Shown here: positions 58,827 through 64,000 of the stretch, in pieces
Layout of the letters: each line of letters begins with the position of its first letter
How positions within the stretch are numbered: the stretch's first letter is position 1
Source: Polyangiales bacterium
Lineage (GTDB): Bacteria > Myxococcota_A > Polyangia > Polyangiales > DASUME01
Direction: 5' to 3'
Assembly (NCBI GenBank): GCA_046598735.1
Contig: JBKJIA010000466.1
Coordinates: forward strand, 17,292-81,291
DNA: 64,000 nt
Program-made: the position numbers and the translations under genes
Notes under the pieces: model-generated
Told to the model about the DNA's origin: nothing
Databases searched by the model: none
What the model saw: the letters and a program-made list of their open reading frames with translations, nothing else

Positions 58827-61142
58827 CTAGAGCGCGGCGGGCAAGCTGAGCAAGGTCCCGGAATCGAGCCAAGCGTAGATGCCGTAGCTTTGCAGCACGC
58901 GTCGCGTGTAGTGGCGCGTTTCATCGTAAGGCACGTTTTCGATCCACACGTCGAGGGGCTCGCTCGCGCGCTCGGACAGCCAGCGCTGGGTGGCGCCGGG
59001 GCCCGCATTGTACGCAGCCGGCACGAGCGCGAACTGCCCGCGCAAACCGGAAGCCAGCGTGTTGATGAAACGCGTACCGAGCGCGAGATTGATGTCGGGA
59101 CGACGCAACGCCTCGGTATCGGTCGGCAAGTCGAGACCGCGCGCAATCATACGTGCGGTGGGCTCGATGATCTGAATCAAACCGTAAGCCTGCGCGCGGC
59201 TGACGGCGCGCGGATTGAAGGCGCTCTCTTCGCGCGCCACGGCACGCACAAACGCGCTGGGCACCTGCTCTTTGTCGCACGCTTCTTCGATCATGGGTGC
59301 AAACGCGGGTGGATACGCCAAGCGATAGAACGCGAGATCGCGGCCCTTAGGCGCACGTTGCAACAAGTCGAACACGCGCTTGCGTGCGAGCTCGACCGAA
59401 AGGGTATGGGCACCGGCACGATCGAAGAGAGCGACCGACAACCAATGAAGCTCGGAATCTGCAGACTCCGCAAGGAAGCCCAACGTGCGTAGCTCGGTCA
59501 TGGCAAGTGCAGTATCGCCAACTTGCAGCAGGGCGACGGCACGCAGAAAACCTGGGCGTGCCAAGGCCGCGTCCGCTGCGAACACCAGATCTGACGGTTT
59601 GACGGCGGCAAGTTTCTGCAGCAGCTCGTTTGCTCGCTGGGGCGCAGACGCGGCCAGCCGCGCAAAAGCTTGCTGTCCGTAGTAGCTGAGCGGCGTGTGC
59701 AAAAATAGCGCGGCAAACGCTGCTTGCGCCGCGGACTCGTGGCCGGATTCCGCTAGAAAACGGGCATGCCAGTAAGGTGCGCGACCGTGCAAGTCCTCCG
59801 CGTCCTCTCGCTCGATGCTGGCATCGGCGAGCAAGGCCGCGGCGCCCGCTGCGTCGCCTTCGGCATAGACTTGCCAGGCTAAAGCGAAACGCGCACGTGA
59901 CCGCATGTCGCCGCCTGGATAGCGCAATGGTAAGGATTGCAAACGCGCGCGCGCCTCATCGAGGTTCCCCATGTCGCGCATGACTTTGGCGGAACGAAAC
60001 AACGCGTCGTCGGCCAGACGATGCTCAGGTGCTTCTGCTTGCAGCGCGTCATAGTGATGAATCGCCAGCTCGTTTTGAGCGAGGGCCGAGAACGCGCGCG
60101 CCGCATGGTAGCGAGCCCAGGCGCGTTGATCTGGGTCGTGGTCGCACTGCACGGCGACGTCGGCCATGCGCTGCGCACCTTCCGCGCGAGCCCGACGATC
60201 GAGCAGCAACTTCGCGCGACCATAGCGCGCGCGACACAGTAAGGTCGGCGGCAGATTCGGCTCGGCTTCGAGCGCAGCGTAGGCGCGTTCGGCATCGCTA
60301 AATCGCGCATCGGCGAGCAGCGCATCCGCCCGTGCCAGCACGTCTTCTGCCGCGGGCTTGCGCAGGCTTTCGCGTGTTTTCGGCGGCAAGGTCGCGAGTA
60401 CTTGCGCTGCGCTCAGCTCGGCCGCTCGGCTCAAGCGGGTACCTGGCAAACGGTAAGCCACGCGGCGATACAACGCGAGCGCCCGCACGCGCGCCTCTTC
60501 GTCCGGACGCACCGCGAGCAAGTCCGCAAGTGGTAGCGCGACCTGGGCGGCTGCGCCTTGATCGGACATCGCGCCGAGGGATGCCTCGAGCTGCGCTATC
60601 GCTTCGTCGACACGGCCGAGCTTGGCGAGTAAGCGGCCACGCACGCGCTGCGCGGCTTCCAGACCTGGAAAGACCTCGTCCTCCGTAGCGATGAGCAGCG
60701 GCTCGATGATGGTAAGACCGCGCGCGGGGTCGGTTCCCTCGAGCCACTCTGCAAGATTCAAACGGGCCCACAAGGCAAGCGGGTGCTCGCTCTCGGCCAG
60801 CGGTCGCAGCACGTCGACGGCTTGCGGGACGAGGCCGCGTTCACGCGCGATCTGGGCCGCCATGAAGCGTAAGAGAGGCGCCTCGGCTGGCTCCGCAACC
60901 AGGCCCGCGATCGCCAGCGCATAGGCGCGATCGAACGCTCCGCTGGCCCGCGCGTCAAGCACCGCTCTGCGTGCGGAGCCCTGCGGCGCGACCACCACAT
61001 TGGGATCGAAGGTCGAAAAAGGTGCGGGATCTGCCGCCAAAGCGTGCGAAAGCCGAGCTCCAGGTTCATCGGAACGCGCGCTGAACAAGGCGAGCGAGCC
61101 TGACAGAGCCAGGGAAAACACGACGAGGCGAGGCAGCAGCAC
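58827..61142 (-). CDS. Soluble lytic murein transglycosylase (Slt70-like: superhelical TPR-like N-domain + SLT domain)
   Basis: 771 aa with a signal peptide. The C-terminal catalytic block is VAREESAFNPRAVSRAQAYGLIQI ... AAYNAGPG. Confidence 0.85.
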   Translation of the reverse strand: MLLPRLVVFSLALSGSLALFSARSDEPGARLSHALAADPAPFSTFDPNVVVAPQGSARRAVLDARASGAFDRAYALAIAGLVAEPAEAPLLRFMAAQIARERGLVPQAVDVLRPLAESEHPLALWARLNLAEWLEGTDPARGLTIIEPLLIATEDEVFPGLEAAQRVRGRLLAKLGRVDEAIAQLEASLGAMSDQGAAAQVALPLADLLAVRPDEEARVRALALYRRVAYRLPGTRLSRAAELSAAQVLATLPPKTRESLRKPAAEDVLARADALLADARFSDAERAYAALEAEPNLPPTLLCRARYGRAKLLLDRRARAEGAQRMADVAVQCDHDPDQRAWARYHAARAFSALAQNELAIHHYDALQAEAPEHRLADDALFRSAKVMRDMGNLDEARARLQSLPLRYPGGDMRSRARFALAWQVYAEGDAAGAAALLADASIEREDAEDLHGRAPYWHARFLAESGHESAAQAAFAALFLHTPLSYYGQQAFARLAASAPQRANELLQKLAAVKPSDLVFAADAALARPGFLRAVALLQVGDTALAMTELRTLGFLAESADSELHWLSVALFDRAGAHTLSVELARKRVFDLLQRAPKGRDLAFYRLAYPPAFAPMIEEACDKEQVPSAFVRAVAREESAFNPRAVSRAQAYGLIQIIEPTARMIARGLDLPTDTEALRRPDINLALGTRFINTLASGLRGQFALVPAAYNAGPGATQRWLSERASEPLDVWIENVPYDETRHYTRRVLQSYGIYAWLDSGTLLSLPAAL

Positions 61143-61247
61143 TCCTTACGGTATGTGTTTGCCGCTGCCGCAATCAAGATTTCGCGCACGGAGCATGCGA
61201 CTTCCTAGGCCGGGCTAGGAAAGGGTTAGGGGAACGGGGCGGAAGGC

Positions 61248-61700
61248 TTAGCGCCGACGGGCGCGGTGCGTGTCTTCGGCATCCTCTTCGCTGCGCAACT
61301 CGAGCTTATGGGCCCGTGCGGCCTCGCGCTGCGCCATCACGTGCCCCACAGCCCTGCGCCCAAGCTCGGCGTCTAGCAAACTGCGCTCGGCGAGCTGCAC
61401 CCGGAGTTGGGTCTGCGCGCGTTGGGCCTGGGCCGCGCGCAGCCTCTGCTCGCTCTGCGCGGCAGATACGCGTGCACGGCGCTGCATGCGCTCGGCCCAC
61501 GCAAAGTCCGCGACCGTGTCCAAGGCCACCTCGGCGCGGGCGCGCTCTATCTCTGCACTCACCTGTTGCAGACCTGCGGCAAGCGAGCGTACGAGGTCGT
61601 CTAGCTTCGTAAGTTGCGCGCGTTCCTGGGCCAAAGCTTCGCGTGCTTGCTCGACCGCATCGGCGCGCAGCTTCTCGAGCGATCGTAGCCCCTCGCTCAT
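61248..61700 (-). CDS. Hypothetical coiled-coil protein (FliJ-like composition)
   Basis: 150 aa, Ala/Arg/Glu/Gln-rich with heptad character. It starts 8 bp downstream of the preceding lipoprotein gene on the same strand. I recognise no family. Confidence 0.4.
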   Translation of the reverse strand: MSEGLRSLEKLRADAVEQAREALAQERAQLTKLDDLVRSLAAGLQQVSAEIERARAEVALDTVADFAWAERMQRRARVSAAQSEQRLRAAQAQRAQTQLRVQLAERSLLDAELGRRAVGHVMAQREAARAHKLELRSEEDAEDTHRARRR

Positions 61701-61708
61701 GGCGCGGA

Positions 61709-63418
61709 CTACAGCGCGGGCACGCTGCTGATCACACTAAAATCAGCATCGACGGGGTCGGCCTGCTCAGCCCTGGGTGCCTTGCCCCAGCTGCCCTGAA
61801 AGGCGGCGGTGCCGAGCTCATCGACGATGCTGTCGCTATCGCTGTCCGACACGAGCAGCTCGCCGCGCACGCCGATGCTGGGATGATCGACGTCAAGCGT
61901 GGTCAATTTTGCGGTGGCCTTCATGAGCAGGACATCGATGGCGCTGTCGCATGCGGCGCTTACGCAGTTCCCGTCACAGGCGTTCGCGACGACAGGTTGT
62001 TTGGCGGCCCATTGCACGAGCTCGTCGCAACCAGATTGGGGTGCGAGTAAGCCTACAAGACCGTTCTTTTCCGCGGCCTCGATCGCATCGAGCAAGTGCC
62101 CCGCATAAGTGCCGAGAGGGAGCTGAATGCGAATCGTGTCGACTGCGATCACGGCCCGCGCGTCGTCGTACTGAGCATCGATACTCGTCACCGGGAGCAG
62201 CGTCGCGGGGCAGCTGAGTGAACGCATGCCATCGGCCGAGCGCGACTGCATGGCCGAAAGTGTCAGGCTCATGGGCACGCCCGCGACCGAGGTCACACCG
62301 TAAGATGCCTGCAACGCCAGACGGCTGCCGCGGTCTTGAATCTCCGAGCCCAGCTTGGCGAGCCAGGGCTGCGGCCCCGCGTTGGCGCCGTTCAAATCGG
62401 CCTGCAGAGACGTGTCGAGCGTCCCGCCCATGCGCGCCACTACCAAAGCGTCGGCGTCCGCGCGCCTGCCTGCCCTGCGCATGCCCGCTTCGATGGCATC
62501 GAGGAAGTAATCTGCGCCAGCCAAGTTGGCGGTGCTAAGCACGGATTGTCCGCCCGCGATCGCCGTTTCGCCTGCACGCTGCGCAGAGCGGGCCACGTCG
62601 AGCTCAAGCGTGACTTTGTAGCTACCGCGTAAGGTGAGCGCGCGATCGCGCAACTCGATCGTGACGCCCTCGATGGTGGGCCCCGGCGCGACCGGCACGT
62701 CGATTTCCGTGCACCCATCTGCCAAGACGCCGCCGCGTCGACCGCTGCCCCAGCCGATGATCGCGTAGTGCAGACCCGGTCCAAGCTCGAACGTCAGGCT
62801 GCCTTCTGGGTTATCGTAAGCGTCCGTGGTTTCGCCCTTGGTCGCGTTCGCGAGCGCAGCCAGGGCGGCGTCGCAGCCCAAGCCAGGCAGGACGGTTACC
62901 GTGCGCAGAGCCAGGTCCCGTAGGCCGGAGTAGCTCGCCGTCACCTGCACCTCGCGCACAGCGCTCTTCGAGACCGAGACATCGACATAGGCGGGCGCCG
63001 CCCCCGCAGCGCTCGCTCGCACGCGAAACTCCGCAGCATCGCTGCCTACGGTGAGCTGCGCCACCGCTTCCCCGTTTTCATCGGTGACGGCCTGGGCCCA
63101 GATCCCCGCGTTGATCGAGCGCTCTGGCGACAACGAAGCCCCCTTGGCATCCCCTACCAAGGCGAACTCGATCGCTACGCCAGCGAGCGGCTCGGGCCCA
63201 CCCTTACCGTCGAGGTTGTCGGCAAGATAAACAATGCGGATTTCAGCCGTGCCGCGCGGGGCCACCCTGAGTTGCGTGGGGCTCAGCACCGACAACGTGC
63301 CGCCCTGCGTACTCCCATAGTTACCGTCGGTGTCGGCCGATTCGGCAGAGTCACCACAGGCTGCAAGCACCGGGCAAAGCAGGCAGGTAGCGAGTGCGAT
63401 GATTGATCGGGTAAACAT
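61709..63418 (-). CDS. Hypothetical lipoprotein (Ig-like/beta-rich)
   Basis: 569 aa with a lipobox LLCPVLAACG and several Cys pairs in the C-terminal region. I recognise no family. Confidence 0.5.
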   Translation of the reverse strand: MFTRSIIALATCLLCPVLAACGDSAESADTDGNYGSTQGGTLSVLSPTQLRVAPRGTAEIRIVYLADNLDGKGGPEPLAGVAIEFALVGDAKGASLSPERSINAGIWAQAVTDENGEAVAQLTVGSDAAEFRVRASAAGAAPAYVDVSVSKSAVREVQVTASYSGLRDLALRTVTVLPGLGCDAALAALANATKGETTDAYDNPEGSLTFELGPGLHYAIIGWGSGRRGGVLADGCTEIDVPVAPGPTIEGVTIELRDRALTLRGSYKVTLELDVARSAQRAGETAIAGGQSVLSTANLAGADYFLDAIEAGMRRAGRRADADALVVARMGGTLDTSLQADLNGANAGPQPWLAKLGSEIQDRGSRLALQASYGVTSVAGVPMSLTLSAMQSRSADGMRSLSCPATLLPVTSIDAQYDDARAVIAVDTIRIQLPLGTYAGHLLDAIEAAEKNGLVGLLAPQSGCDELVQWAAKQPVVANACDGNCVSAACDSAIDVLLMKATAKLTTLDVDHPSIGVRGELLVSDSDSDSIVDELGTAAFQGSWGKAPRAEQADPVDADFSVISSVPAL

Positions 63419-63604
63419 CGGAATTTGGGAGAAAACCGCCTAGGATCGGGAAGCTACGGGCTGCGCCTGGGAATCGCAAATCCGCGTTTGTGTCTCAACA
63501 CAGCTCGGCCCACTGGGCATTCCCGTGTCATTTCGGGAGCTATTGCGCAAAGCACAGCTTGCGCGCGCCTCGTGCCCGTCGCCCCAGCGTGGTAGGCACG
63601 GGCC

Positions 63605-64000
63605 GTGTCCTACTCGCTCGTCGTCGGATTGCGCTATCTGCGCTCGAAAAAGCGCAAAACCATCTCGGCCATCACGTTCATCGCGGTCGCTGGCGTGGCG
63701 CTCGGCGTGGCCGCGCTCCTCACCGTGATGTCGATCACAGGCGGCTTTCAGGATGCTTTTCGCGCCAAGATTCTGGGCGTGAACTCGCACGTGTTGGTGC
63801 TGAAATACGGTGTCGATTTCAGCGAGTATCGCGAGGTCGTCAGCCACGCCGAAGACCTCCCCGAAGTCGCAGGCGCCGCGCCATTCGTGATTCACGAAAT
63901 GATGTTGTCGAAGGGCAGCCGTCTATCGGGCGTGCTCGTGAAAGGCATCGACCCCGAGCGCATGCCTAAGGTGCTCGATTTGCCGAGCCAAATGGTGCGC
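63605..64000 (+). CDS. Lipoprotein-releasing system permease LolC/LolE family (N-terminal 132 codons; continues past the right edge)
   Basis: Not in the ORF track because there is no stop in the window. The frame opens after a TAG at 63593-95. The GTG at 63605 gives VSYSLVVGLRYLRSKKRKTISAITFIAVAGVALGVAALLTVMSITGGFQDAFRAKILGVNSHVLV..., which parallels the E. coli LolC/LolE N-terminus (..IGLRYMRGR...). Confidence 0.8.
   Translation, partial: MSYSLVVGLRYLRSKKRKTISAITFIAVAGVALGVAALLTVMSITGGFQDAFRAKILGVNSHVLVLKYGVDFSEYREVVSHAEDLPEVAGAAPFVIHEMMLSKGSRLSGVLVKGIDPERMPKVLDLPSQMVR

Overview
This is a 64 kb, densely coding stretch of high-GC bacterial chromosome (about 63-65 % GC by eye). I support about 55 protein genes on both strands. 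I found no rRNA, tRNA, CRISPR array, transposase, integrase or prophage signature. The gene content includes a eukaryote-like Ser/Thr kinase, tandem sigma-54 NtrC-type regulators, PEGA, FG-GAP and lamin-tail-domain lipoproteins, and an orphan MCP, which suggests a Myxococcota/Bradymonadota-like organism (inference only).

Gene content from left to right:
- kamD (partial), a TetR regulator and a carotenoid-cleavage oxygenase.
- A STAS-like / RsbW-like partner-switching pair.
- tolQ-tolR-tolA-tolB on the minus strand, with no pal.
- A TPR-PEGA protein and an FG-GAP lipoprotein.
- Two sigma-54 response regulators in tandem.
- Two methyltransferases, a Ser/Thr kinase and an MCP with a heptad-repeat arm.
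- tatA/B-tatC, then two SDR oxidoreductases and several membrane proteins or lipoproteins.
- gyrB.
- A cobO-cbiZ-IMPase-mpl operon.
- tamB, a giant Omp85 protein and a small acidic protein.
- DUF1285-TlpA, then ccmAB, yebC and yheU.
- A lower-GC MBOAT/AlgX-like acyltransferase pair and an LTD lipoprotein.
- hemW and hslO, then two ABC transporter modules, an AI-2E transporter and a VOC protein.
- dnaJ, a lytic transglycosylase, two hypothetical genes and lolC/E (partial).

I did not recognise a defence island or a clearly novel multi-gene machine.

The most unusual signal is not a gene. The pentamer CTTAC/GTAAG, the core of CCTTACGG/CCGTAAGG, is several-fold over-represented in coding and intergenic DNA and in all reading frames. 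It recruits rare codons (TTA, GGT-AAG, CGT-AAG) and TAA stops. It also forms spaced repeats and hairpins at convergent gene junctions.

All counts and GC values are hand counts or hand estimates and need computational confirmation.
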